A stretch of 63,264 nucleotides of DNA, the filler included, from Porpidia crustulata (Eukaryota): NCBI GenBank assembly GCA_964255105.1. It is 5 parts of 5 records of this genome, joined end to end, with 100 filler letters (N's around TTAATTAATTAA, not from the genome) between each part and the next. Parts side by side here need not be neighbours in the genome. Positions count along the whole stretch, not along the records: positions 50,700 to 63,264 come from CAXUWE010000513.1; 4 more parts are not named here. The stretch is one strand, 5' to 3'. The first letter of the stretch is position 1, and the number at the start of each line of letters is the position of its first letter. Positions 51,461-63,264 of this stretch are shown here, piece after piece. A model generated the notes under the pieces. It searched no databases. It saw only the letters and a list, made by a program, of their open reading frames with translations, and was not told the origin of the DNA. The position numbers and the translations under genes are program-made.

Positions 51461-52450
51461 TCATACTGACTTTGGTGGGATTTTGTTGTGCTTCCGGAAC
51501 ATCCCGTACATCACACACGCGTCAGAAACTTGAAGCCCGCCAGCGAAGAGAATACGGCGAGAAGCTGCGGATCCTTGCACGTAGGCGTTAGAGCCGGGGT
51601 CAAGAACCGCCGGCGGACGAAAGCGCAAAGGCCGCTTGGACCACCGTCTTGATGCTCACAGGTGCTTTCGGGTACGCATACTCGAACCCGGCCGGGTTCG
51701 AGTATGTTTCGCCGATACACTTTAGGATGAAGACCAGGATTTGGATCAGGACGTGCAACTGGTTCGAGATCTCGCTGTTGAGGGAAGCTGCGCATCGACG
51801 TGGTCTGTTGAAGCAAGGTCCTATGCTGTAAATTAATTTCTGGATATCGACGACATATGCCATTGCCATTGCTTCTACAATGAAGCCGACCGTCATTCGA
51901 TTGACGGGAGCAAACGGCAGCTTCATTCGGTGCAGAGCTGGGTTTACAAGATGTTGACATATCGACAAGAAGATTACTGCCGCCACGCCATTGAAGGTCG
52001 GAAGCATATCGTTCGGAACTCCGTGGCTGTTCATATTTGTCACTTGCGACATCAGATTCGTGGACATCTAAGTCTGGCAGAGTCAGTATACGACAAACGC
52101 AATTCTAGCGATAAGTGAGTATTGCAAATTGATGGAATTGTTGAACAGGCAGGGTGACTGTCGTAGTATTGCTACTGAATTACGTACTGAACTAGAAGGT
52201 TGAGTGGCCAGGTGGTCACATAAGACAGGGGTAGGGCAAAGCCCTATCACTAGATCCAATCCATCCATTCACACCGACTAGATAATGAGGAGGTTAGGCC
52301 TTCGTCCTACCGCACTTTCCAACAGGAATGAAGCAAACTTACAAAGCGCGGCAGGCTTTTAGATCGCACCTGAGTTTCTTCACGAACGAAGCGGTCCAAC
52401 TCACTCGTGTACCGTATTTTTCGAGAATGTTTTCGGGTTTGGTGGCGCTC
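51461..52450 (-). pseudogene. decayed POT/PTR2-family oligopeptide transporter (C-terminal half)
   Basis: Fragments KPE...WTASFVKKLRCDLKACRA, NMNSHGVPND, RMTVGF, IYSIGPC and GFEYAYPKAPVSIKT. Frameshift near 51600 (ALTPTCKDPQLL continues in another frame) and another near 51510; no N-terminal half seen. Confidence 0.8.
51677..51706. repeat. perfect 30-bp palindrome
   Basis: catactcgaacccgg|ccgggttcgagtatg. Confidence 0.95.
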
Positions 52451-53967
52451 GTCCGCCCACCACTCCTTGTTTACGCTGAGAGGCTGTGTTATCGTCGAAC
52501 TGGTGTGAATCATCTCATTCGCTGTCGAGTATGCACCTCAGCAGAGACTGTCTTGAGAGAAGGCACTAGATCGTCAGCAGAAATCCTGCAGCGTCGGGAG
52601 CGCAATAGCCGCAGGAGTTCGTGGGCCTGGCTTCAACTCACACTTTTTCACATTTCTCCGTTTCATGCGAGGTTTGTTACTTCGCCACGAGTTTGTTGGT
52701 CCATATATCGTCATCGATACGTGTGATGCTGTTTGTCAAATCTCGCCGTAAGTTTACGCTTCAATGTGCCGTAACACCGAACTTACGCGTCAGCGTCCAG
52801 GTCTTCCTAATAATTTGAGCAAAGACTTTAGCCAGAGACTTAGGTCCTTCGGCGTGAACTGCTTGACTAGGCGTAGACTGAGGGCTGGTGATGAGTTTGA
52901 GCACCGACGCAATCAAGAGGAAAGCCTTACTCTGAAAGGCGTCGAAGCTCATTGGTCATCCAATGACCGCTTCCACAGCTGCTTGACCCAGATTTCGACG
53001 CTAGTTGGCCCCAGCACCACACAGGATGGGGGTTCGAAGCGTGGGGAGCAGCACCCATATTTGAAGATGGAGGGGGTAGATCCCATGTACATAGGTAGTA
53101 AAGGTAGCAATATGACCTTGAGCAGCCGCAGTGCTTTAATTGACATTGGCTGCGTTCCGTTGCCGAGCCTATGATGCCCGCCCTATATCTAGCGGCTTGC
53201 GAAATGCACTCGAGTCTATGCTTCAACACAGGTGCATACATGCAAAAAGCCTCCCCCTATATGTGTCATCCTCACACTGAATAACTCTTATTAGCCGCAC
53301 AAGATACACCTCCCCAGGGACTGGAATTAAGCAAGACGCGGGGCGACCAGGGGTTTTCGACAGGGTTACAGAAGTGTGTATTTTTTAAGTGCTACTAAGA
53401 GAAGCTCTTCGTAGAAACTTGCGGTTGTAGCGACTCCTAATAATTGGCAAGCGTATCGTTGTCTCGCAAGGCTAACGCTTATACTCGGTCTTACCCCTCA
53501 ATGGGTCAAAACCCTCAACGAAACTAGTGAGTATAGCCCTAAACCTAGGCTAGCTGACGAGCCATGATCCAATACCTATCCAATATGATTAAAGCCCAAC
53601 CACCTTGGAAATTGAGGAGTGAGTGAATGGCCACTCTCTGAGAAGTATCTTTTCAGTAATGGAATCTTCTGGGCGAATCTAAGCCCTTACGTGTCATGTA
53701 ATCCGTGCAGACGTACTCACATTCATGTTGGGTCGATGATGCTGTAGTGCATTGGAGTCCTTCTAAGCGCTGAACCCCTTCTCATAGCTTCTTTGAGAAA
53801 TGTTATTGAAGTCGTTGATGGTGTACGGCAAGTGCTCAACGTATTTTAGACACCTGTGTCTGATCTAAAATTGGACATAAGGATGCGTTTGGATTACTAT
53901 TGGCATATGGTTTCCTATGGTGATTTCACAAGGAAACGTTGAGGATAGTTGTGTCTGATGCAGTTGA

Positions 53968-56926
53968 TCACCCAACCAGCTCTTTCAGATATTGAAGTCG
54001 ACCATACGTTAAATCCTCCTTTCTGATTGCGCCACCGCTCAAAGTCAGGTCCGCGAGCTCTTGTTTGCGCCGTTGCACTTTCTGGACATTTTGCTCCCAA
54101 GATCCTCTCATAACGTATCGTACGGTCTTGACTTCCTGTGTCTGTCCCAGTCGATGGATTCGATCAAGCGCTTGGGATTCGCTCATGGGATTCCATTGGG
54201 GTTCCATAATGTACGCATGGGAAGCGACTGTCAGATCGAGGCCAATGCCTCCACACGAAATGGTGGCAAGCAGGACTTTGATGTCGGGGTGAGTTCTGAA
54301 GACGCGGAGCACACCCGCTCGGCCTGTTGTGGTCAATGTCCCGTCAAGGCGCACACATCGTATGGACCTCTCGCAAAGTTGAGGTTGGAGTATATCGAAG
54401 GTCCTTGTCCAAGAAGAGAATACAACACTAGAGGTCGTCTTAGTCAGTGGGGTGGTTTCGTTTGTACACGAGGTACCAACCTTTTGATATTGTCTGGAGT
54501 ATCGCAGAGATCTTGAAGCACTCTTCGAATCTTGGTTGATAGATGAAATTGGGTTGTCAAAGGGAAATTGCTATGAAGTTTCAAGATCTCCGACTGTGAG
54601 ATCATGCTGTTTTGCAGATCCGGGGCAACAGCCTTTGACTTCCGTGGCAAATGATTGCATACCCCGAAAGTCTTAGAACGATTTCCAACGTTCCCAATAC
54701 AGGAAGAACACCAAATTTCGAGCGAGTCACTGATGAAGGGTTCATCCTCGTGCTCTGAGTCAGTTTCACTACTTAATGCAGAAGTAAGATCTTGTCGGCA
54801 TTCCGCGTTGGAGCATTTGGCAAGGCCAACATACTCAAGTTGATCAAAATGGGTCTGAGCTTCCTGTACAGTCCACAGCGGCCTTTTGATAGAAGACTCG
54901 TCCAACTTCGGCACGACGTTGTTATTCGGTACTCCATGGGTACAAATCAGGCGAAGTTCATTAACCAATTTCAACGTATTGAGAAAAACAGTTCCGCTAC
55001 CGTCTCGATTTGCAGAATCAATTTGGTGCAGGGTGCTCATTTGGACTTGTCGGTAGTGTGTCCTTTCTGTCTCGTCAAAATCAAGCTCAACTACCTCATC
55101 TTGCCTGACAGGTAGCTCAATTGTTGTCTTTGGACGTCGAAGAGACAGACAATTTACCGTAGTCTTCATCTTTATGAATGATGTTGGATCAGAACTAGCT
55201 TTCCATCCTTGGATGAACTGAGTTTTGAAAACTTCCAAATTGTCGAACGGAGCGCACTGAAGAAATTTGAACAGACTGAACAGGTCCATAAGGCGATTTT
55301 GTATCGGCGTCCCGGTCACTGCCCATCTCATATCTGCTCTGAGGCCACAGACTGATCGCGCAAATGATTTGGACGGTTCGCGGATAATGTGTGCTAACTC
55401 ATTGATCCTATCAAGGTCGTGTTCCTTCCATAAATCAGAGAACTACGTACCTTCATCCAAGACCACTCTACCCCATACCATGGCGTGTAAGGTTAGGGGT
55501 GCCTCAAAATTCTCTTCTAGGCTTTTTTTCCAGTCCAGTCGAGCGACAGAATATGTTGTGATAACCAGGGCATAATTCTCAAGCTCTTTCAAATACTTTG
55601 TCCTGTCTTTACCATAATAAACACAATACTTTAAAGCATTCGGGGACTGTAGGTGTCTACGGCTTTTAGTACTCAGGGCAATTGGCCGGTATCCTTTTGC
55701 GGGACTTACTTCTGTAATTCATCTTTCCAGGTCTGGATGACTATTATGTCTTAGTGCTTTGAGAATGGCGAGAAACATTGCTTGCGGCCTTACGGGTTTT
55801 GGGAACGACCAGCAGAGTTGTAGATTGCGATGCACCTTTGCAGTCGCCCTGCGCTTCACTATGACAATCTGATGCAATGAGAGAAATGATGCTTAGAGAT
55901 TTACCTAAACCAGGTGCGTCTATTAAAAGACCCCCTCGAAATTGCTGCGGGGGTCTGGTCTGCTTCTGACCTGCAATAGTATTGAGGTATAAAGTGCGTC
56001 CATAAGCATCTTTTTGTGTCGCCCATATGTCGCTACCTCGTCCGTCAATTGCCCAGCCGCGCTCTCTTTGTATCATAAATGTAAGAGCCTGCATCTGGTG
56101 ATTATACAAAATGGTACGAAGTGTCTGTGGGGTTTTTGTGCCCACTAGTGTTCCTTGGCCTACCGCATCAGCTAGTAGATCGATAGGATTCAAGGGTATC
56201 TTCAATGTATGTCCGGCATCATTGCGTAAAGCATCATCCAAATTGTAGGTGTATGGATATTTGTTTTCCTGCGGAGATAGACAGTGCGGATTTCGGTATT
56301 GTACGTTCCTATCGCAGTTTCGAGGGTGCTGTAAGAAGAGCTTGCACTTGGCCACAAATAGACCAACAGGTTCGAAGAGGGATTGAGCTCCATACAAAAT
56401 CGCGCACAGTACTATTCCTAAGTCCAAGTTGTTCGATTTTGTGCGACTTGTTCTAGTCTTCTTCCTCGCGACCAGATCCAGCTTGTCAGCAAATAGCTGA
56501 ATTGAAACTTTCTTCTGTAGTACTTCCAGTATTTTTCTGCTGTCCCGGCCAAGACAACCAAAAGAGATTTTCGACATCGCGTCTATGAGGGTGCACGAAT
56601 CTTCTGAGACGTTGAGAGGGATCGGTATCTCGCAGATAGAATAGCTCGCCGACATTGTAAAGTCAAGGTCAACGATCTGGACAATGGGTCTAGTCAGGCT
56701 ATGGCTATTTTGTCTGCAATCAAACCCATACCAAATATTGCTTGAATACTCTGTATCTGGTAGTTTACAGTTTGGAGCGTGAGACTGGATTGGAAACAGG
56801 GTTCGAAGGAAAAGTGACCTAACGAACCATTCCAAAGCAGTATAGATCATTGTCACTTGCTATCATCTTCTCCGACAATTGTTTCACCATACGATCATCA
56901 TTTTCTGTGAGTGCGTGCTTTGTCAT
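53968..56926 (-). CDS. SNF2-family ATPase of RAD5/RAD16-like architecture (non-canonical paralogue), ~863 aa, 6 exons
   Basis: Exons 56926-56828, 56676-55794, 55740-55710, 55656-55451, 55393-54481 and 54427-53968 splice in frame (2592 nt). Motifs GGLLIDAPGLGKS, TLLVVP, VITTY, VVLDEAH, WAVTGTPIQN, KSVVFSSW, RLDG, GIGLDLT and EPQWNP..QALDRIHRLGQ. Start tentative. Confidence 0.88.
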
Positions 56927-57774
56927 TATAAGAATCGTCTTGATTTAGTGCTAACACCGATGATGGGGAAGGAAGACGAAGAAATGGAGAAATCTGCAGC
57001 GCGTGTCTATCAACGGACAAGCTCTATTAAAGTAAATCTGTCACACAGGGCGATGTGCAGTAAAGAAAATGGTGAAAGGAGATGGTAAAACAGTGTCAAA
57101 TTTGGCCAATTGAGACCCACCATATCTGCAGCTTGCTTGACCGATGGCCGGCCAGATTTCGTCTGATATAGTCAAGATTGGATTACCCTTTATCTTCTGC
57201 GTATGCTGTTAATTCAGGAGTTTGCCTTCTTCCTCATCCGCCAACCACGAGCACCAATAAGCCGATCAGTCAGCAACACAGCCGAATATGCAGCCAATCA
57301 TGCGACCTGTCAGCCTTGCACTGCCAGTCTGAGGCTATGAGGTCGTATGGCAGCGACAGGACCAAGTCACCAGGCAGTCACACTCAGGCCTACCTTTTTA
57401 TCCACTTACCATTCCAAGGCTTCTCTATCAGAGCGGAGCAGAGGCAACCCATGCACCTTCTTACGTGTGGAGCCCGCCAGCTCACCACAGTACTCTACAC
57501 GTAGACCTATTCAGCCCGAGCTTTCAAATCGAACACCAAGTTCGCTGTTAAATAGAGGCTTTAGTATCATAAGATCGTGTCTAGTAAAATGTAATTCGCG
57601 AATACCCCACCAAATGCTCAAACTCGGTCCATGGATGTGCGGAGTGCAACCAGTACGGCATCTTCAGTCGCAACAGGTACTTCGTGATGCTTGGTGACTT
57701 ATTGCGAACGGCAAATCTCTCAAGTCTTCTTAATAGTTCTCACCACTTAGGCAAGGCCATTGTGATTCAACATT

Positions 57775-60700
57775 ATGGCAACAGGACAGGCGATAGTTAT
57801 GAAGTCATTGGATCAACTAAAATCGACAATCACTCCCGCAGACGCCCAGGTATTCCAGGATACAAGATTGGAGCATGTATGGGAAGCAGCTCGCGAGATA
57901 GAGAGAGAACAAGGTACCCGTTGGGATCTTAGATTTATGCGTAGAATCGAGCCGCTTCTTCGTTCTCTAGAAACCTATGCACCCGTAATTGAAGTTTTCT
58001 GCCAGGGCTTCTCCCTGATGGCCTTTGTTTGGGTATCACTGAGTTTTCTATCTACTGGCTGTCAATGTGGCTAACAAGTCGATCAGGGACCTATAAAGCT
58101 GATGTTACTTGTATTTCTCCCCACTCCGCTCACACGTCAGGCGCAACTAACAAACCCTGGCTTTAGCTAGCAAGACAGTATTCCGACATCATGGAAAAAG
58201 TACTGCAAGCATTCAATGAGATTGCTGGGTACTTGCCGAAGCTAGACCGACTGAAAGCAACTTTTGGAGCCGTGGCTGACTTCGAACAATCTCTGGGGCT
58301 CATCTACAGCGATATCATCGAATTCCATCGGCGAGCGTATAAATTCTTCCGCCGGAAAGCCTGGCATATATGGTTTGCTTTTGACTGGGGTCTCTTTGAA
58401 CGTCGCTTCAAATCAATCCTCGGAAAGCTACATTCTCATTGTGATCTTCTAGATAGAGAAGCAGCCGCCATACACTTTTCCGAGATGAAGAATATGCGAG
58501 ACAAGCGTGAACTCGATGAAGAAGTCTTTGAGCAACACCGAAGTCGCCAATTGATCCGGGACGTATTTTTCTGGCTTTCAGGAGACGAAGATGATAGCCA
58601 AGAGGAGTGTCTCCACCGGATTTCCGACAATCGCCAGCCTGGGACATGTGATTGGGTTCTCGAGGAACCCCTTGTACGATCATGGATCGAAGATGACAAG
58701 GGAGAGTCGGTGATCTGGATGACTGGTATTCCAGGAGCAGGGAAAAGTTTTCTCTGTTCTTTGATAATCCAAAATCTGGAGACTCATCGGGATCTCACTG
58801 AGGGCTACTACTTTTGTAGTCACTCTAATGGAGATACCTGCGCTACGATACTTCGCATACTCGCGGTACAAATACTAAGGTCTCACCTCGACGTGGCCGA
58901 ACTCGTTCATCAGGCGTACCTCCAGAAGGGTTCCAGTCGCTCATATCCAGCCATGAAAAGGATGCTCAAAGAGATCTTATCTACTGTGCCAAACACGCGT
59001 ATAGTCTTGGATGGCCTTGACGAGGGTGATCAAAAAATGCAACAGGAAACTCTCAAGACTTTGCTGGAACTCCAGAAACATGCTGGGCACAATTGCAAAT
59101 TGTTAATATCTAGCCGGGAAGAACCTTCAATAGGAAAAACCATTCCCTACAGGATTCATCTCAAACTGGATGATAAAACAACTCAAGGTCTGAATATCTT
59201 CATCCAACACAAAGTCGGAGAGTTAAAAATCCACTTTCCTGAGTTAGATACTACTCTTCTGACTCGCGTGAATGATCGATTGCAGGCCCATGCGAAAGGA
59301 ATGTTCCTATGGGTGCGATTAGTTCATGATATGCTGCTGCAGCAATCGTCGGAATTTGAAATCGAGCAGGCAATCAAGCGACTACCAGATGGGCTAGACG
59401 AGGCGTATTGGCGCATATTATCACGATTCCTTGAACTAGGACCGGACTTGAAGAATAGAGTCTTCAAGATTTTACTCTGGGTGAGCGCGGTGGAACGCTC
59501 GGTCTCAATCCATGAAATTGCTGATGGAATAGCCTTGAATTCCAATCAATTGACTCTGAGTAAGAAAACGAAATGCATGGACGGCCAGAGGGATATTCTC
59601 GATATATGTGCACCTCTTTTAGAGATATCGAAGAATCGAGAAGTAAACCTAGTACATTTCTCCGCCAAAGAATACCTACTCCATGACCAGAGTGGTCCTT
59701 TCGTTGATATAGCTCAAGCGCATTTCAACATCGCATACTCGTGTATTGCTAATCTGACGGCTACATTAGTCGTCGTACCTCGACATCGTAATGGCGTAAG
59801 TGATTTTGATCTCGAGACTCAGATAGTGCAGGGAGACTTTGGGCTTCAGCCGTATGGTCACCAATTCTGGGCTGAGCACGTACTAGCTTATTTGGAAAAG
59901 TCTTCGGGGCTGGCTCCCCAGACGGAGAGTTTACTAGTTGCTTTAGAAAAGTTTTCTAAGGTTTGCAAAGCTCAACCACCCGGATGCATTGAACCTGCCC
60001 ATAGACTCAATTCTGGACCTAACTCTAGAGGACTCGATAAGCTTAGAGCGAATCCGTTGCTCTTCAACTTTATTTCAGGCTGGCTGCGATTCAAGTCAAA
60101 AGCACAAGATTCTGAATCTACTATTGATGACTTTCATGCTCAAGAAGATTGGCGATTGCAAGCAGATGAAACGCACCTCAGTCTCATTGATTTCAAGATC
60201 CGAGAGATTTCAGAACGGTTACTTGCAATGACAGCCTCTTCGCTTCCTCCGCACATATCTATGGCTGATCATCAGGCTTTCGTTAACCGCACCAATTTCG
60301 GCTGTAGGTTTTTCGACTGTACCCGTTACTTTGATTCCTTAGGAGACCGTGATGCTCACGAACATACTCATTCAAGATCATTCCCGTGTCTTCAGTGTGA
60401 TTGGGGATTCAAGTCGCGTAAGGATTTGGAAAAACACACTCGAAAGTACCACATGTTTGCAGAGGATTTTGAGATACCAGATTGTTTGCCTGACGCCACC
60501 ATAGATTCGAAGAGCACAACTGGTACTTCTTTTGGGAGGAACTTTGATAGCGCTGATAGAAAAAGTTGCTGGAACAAACATGGTCGTGCGGTTCTACAAA
60601 AAGGCTTCTGGCATGTCCTGGCCAAATTCGCGTCAGGGCCAACGCCAGTGAGCCGCGCTTCGAACAAAGTGAGCTCTATCCATCTAAATCATACCAATCA

Positions 60701-62417
60701 AGAAATATTTTTGGGAGCCTTTTCTGGCTCCCATGGAGAGATTTCAGCAGTAAACGTGGCCTCTATCCGCGCCAAGGTCGAAAACAAGCAGTATGAGACC
60801 TTTGCCGATTTCAAGGACGATATTCAAGAATTATCCAAGAACTTGACTACAACGAGAGAATTTGAAGCTTGGGAAGATATTGCTGGAATTTGTGATCAAG
60901 AGTTCGAAGATGCCACTTCGAATTTCCCTGCGTTCGCGAACTTTGATCTTTGTAAATCAAGACTTGATCTTGACATGACGAATCCCAAAAGCATTACGAA
61001 TCTACCGCTAAGTTCTTTAGGGCAAACCAATGATAACGAGGCCGCTTCCTCTATTGGTAAAAGGAAGCCCTACTGGTCCAAGACAGAGGTAGAGCAGTTT
61101 CCTGAGCTCTTGGATCAATGTGGACGAGATTTCATCACAATAGCCGGTCGCCTGAAAACCAAAACCATCAACGACATCGATCAATATTTGAAGGCGAAAC
61201 CAGAGCTCTTAAGGCTTGCCGAAGAAGCAGACGCAAGGTTGCAACAGATTTTTGAAGCTATACTGCCTATTCAAATTGAGAATGACGATGAGCCTCATAA
61301 GCTGCCGTTGATCGAGTCCGAAGATCCAAGACCGGCAGCGCTTACTTACTCCGCCGAGGCGTTGGAGGCCATGCTTCTCTCTCGAAAGCGTCAGCAAGAG
61401 GCGTCGGCCGATAGAGAAGCTCAATCCAACATGCATACGGGCAACCGTATTTCTCACGTCACAAACGAAGACAGTAAGAAACTCGCTATACCGAAAAGTA
61501 CTAGACGGCGTCCGCGACCAAGAGCAGCATGCCCAAAGTGCAATATACACAAAAATGGACTCCGCGACGAATACGCATTAGAGAGACACTTGAATCGTTT
61601 GCACAACCCAACTCGTCGCGTCTGGGTTTGTGATGACGTCTCAATGGATAAGAAGTTCCTAGCTAAATGCAAACCATGTTCAGCTGGTAAGCGATACAAA
61701 TCCAGACATAACGGGAGCAAACATCTTCGTGATTTCCACTTCGGTGCCAATGCATCGCATAGTCTACTGACAAGGTGGATGCGCGAAATGGAGGAACCCA
61801 ATTCCAATTTCATGGCTGACGATATTACGACTCCGTCTATATTTCCGCAAAAAGCCAAGTACGAGGAGCAGAATGGAATACCACAACTACGGGATAGACC
61901 TAATTCATCGAATAGCTCGGATCTCTTGCCTTCAATGCTACTGACGTCGCCAAGTAAGATCAGTCCTTCCAGCCAAAGTGCATCGCATTCAGTGACCCCT
62001 GGTTCACGTGACAGCGCGGACGACCAGGGTAACGAAGAACCTTCCGAGCCCATTGATGGAGAAGCACCCGGTTTGATTAAACGGACTCTACTTCTTCCAA
62101 ATGTCTCGTTTGATCACCTTTTGGCCGGTCCAGCAACGAGCTCTCAATATGATACCGGGCCAAAGCATCGAACGAACCTCGCTTTAGTCAAACCAGAGCA
62201 GGTTCGAAGACTTCCTCATCTAGACCCTTTCCCCAGACTTGCCTATCAGGACCAGGTCGAGGGTCTCCACAACATTCTTGACCATGAGGTCGAGGGTAGC
62301 AAGCGCTACGAAGGCGCCTTGGAGGACTTGACAGATGTTTCGCGAACACTACTACAAGGTCTCATGCAGTGGCGTCAGCAATCTACCTTGGCTCCGACCA
62401 TTCCTTTCTCGATCTAG
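57775..62417 (+). CDS. NACHT/STAND (fungal NLR-like) protein with C-terminal C2H2, bromodomain-like, SANT and zinc-finger domains, ~1510 aa
   Basis: Exons 57775-58032, 58087-58110 and 58167-62417 splice in frame. N-terminal helical domain (RRIEPLL..VIEVFC..FVWGPIKL), GTCDW, Walker A GIPGAGKS (58725-58748), Walker B IVLDGLDE (59001-59024), ISSR, GMFLWVRL, LPDGLDEAY and LVHFSAKEYL. Confidence 0.9.
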
Positions 62418-63264
62418 ATTTTCGGAGTTGTCTACATTTATCCATCTGCGACTTGAGTCGCCGTTCACTGTTTCGAGCCACCATCAGAATGAGAGCATCG
62501 TTGACTCAGTACTTCACCACCTGGAACTCTCCTAGTATCTGTTACTCTACCTTAAATGTTTGGTAAATGGATATTTCACGATGCAGATACTCATGTTTAA
62601 TGGAATACCAGGTGTGGATTCGGCATTGATGTTGTTACCGCCAGGAGGCTATCCAGCGGTTAAAAAGGAATAGCTCTGGCAAAAACATACCAGCACCCTC
62701 AGCCCAATGTGGGGGAGATTTCTAACTTCCCTAATTGTACCATAGTAACGCGAAATTTCTAGATTACGTGACTAGATACCTAAAGACAAAGGGTTGTAGG
62801 AATCTTTCCCGGCCAGGGCGAAGAACTTTGATTACAAAGCCAGGCCAAGGACTTTACCGCTTCCGTGCGTTCTAATTGGTGCTGGTAAACAGGCTCCGCC
62901 AGCTGCTCGTGGTGAAAATGACGCTAGTTGGCCAGGCCAGACGGCTAAGCCTATTTTAGAGGGATAATGCACTCCCCCGAAAGTTATGCGCATGTTGACC
63001 TCCTTTTATGCAGGCTAATTGGTTAATTTCTTAATCTTTGAATACCTTTACACTTTTGGACCGGAATTCTCGTTACTGTGCCCGGACATCTCAGATCCGG
63101 TCTGCATATTACCTGGTAGGAGGCGTTGTGACTCATCTAATAACTTCCGCGCCGATAAATTGAACGCTTTACTCTTTTAGATAATAATTACATTAAAGCA
63201 TTATACTAAAATGTAGGGAAAGTATAACGGTACACCCCCTTTGTTTACACGTACACCCCCCTCC

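Noticed and set aside
47374..56926. Apparent cluster of Clr2 and two SNF2 genes plus NLR
   Set aside because: Spans an artificial spacer; contigs 4 and 5 are not known to be linked.

Overview
Eukaryotic (fungal) DNA from a filamentous ascomycete (Pezizomycotina-type genes, short GT-AG introns with CTRAY branch points). The window is not one locus. It is five separate contigs (1-12580, 12681-25256, 25357-37931, 38032-50599, 50700-63264; lengths 12580, 12576, 12575, 12568, 12565) joined by artificial 100-nt N44-TTAATTAATTAA-N44 spacers, so neighbourhood is meaningful only within a contig. Contigs 1-4 are mostly housekeeping: NHP2, a Zn2Cys6 transcription factor, a large methyltransferase-like protein, a SAP/THO1-like protein, TRM44, GNA1, DUF2461, BBC1, EMC4, AP-2 beta, an MFS transporter with a nonsense codon, aspartate aminotransferase, DBP7, PAN6, POP4, a SNF2-PHD remodeller and Clr2. 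Contig 5 looks accessory. It has a Fot1/pogo-like TIR, a decayed POT transporter, and the most interesting item: an intact non-canonical RAD5/16-type SNF2 ATPase gene head-to-head with a ~1510-aa NACHT (fungal NLR-like) gene. In place of WD/ANK/TPR repeats, that NACHT protein carries a string of nuclear/chromatin domains (2x C2H2, degenerate bromodomain, SANT, KLAP1-like zinc finger). All family calls come from motif recognition by eye; no database searches were run.
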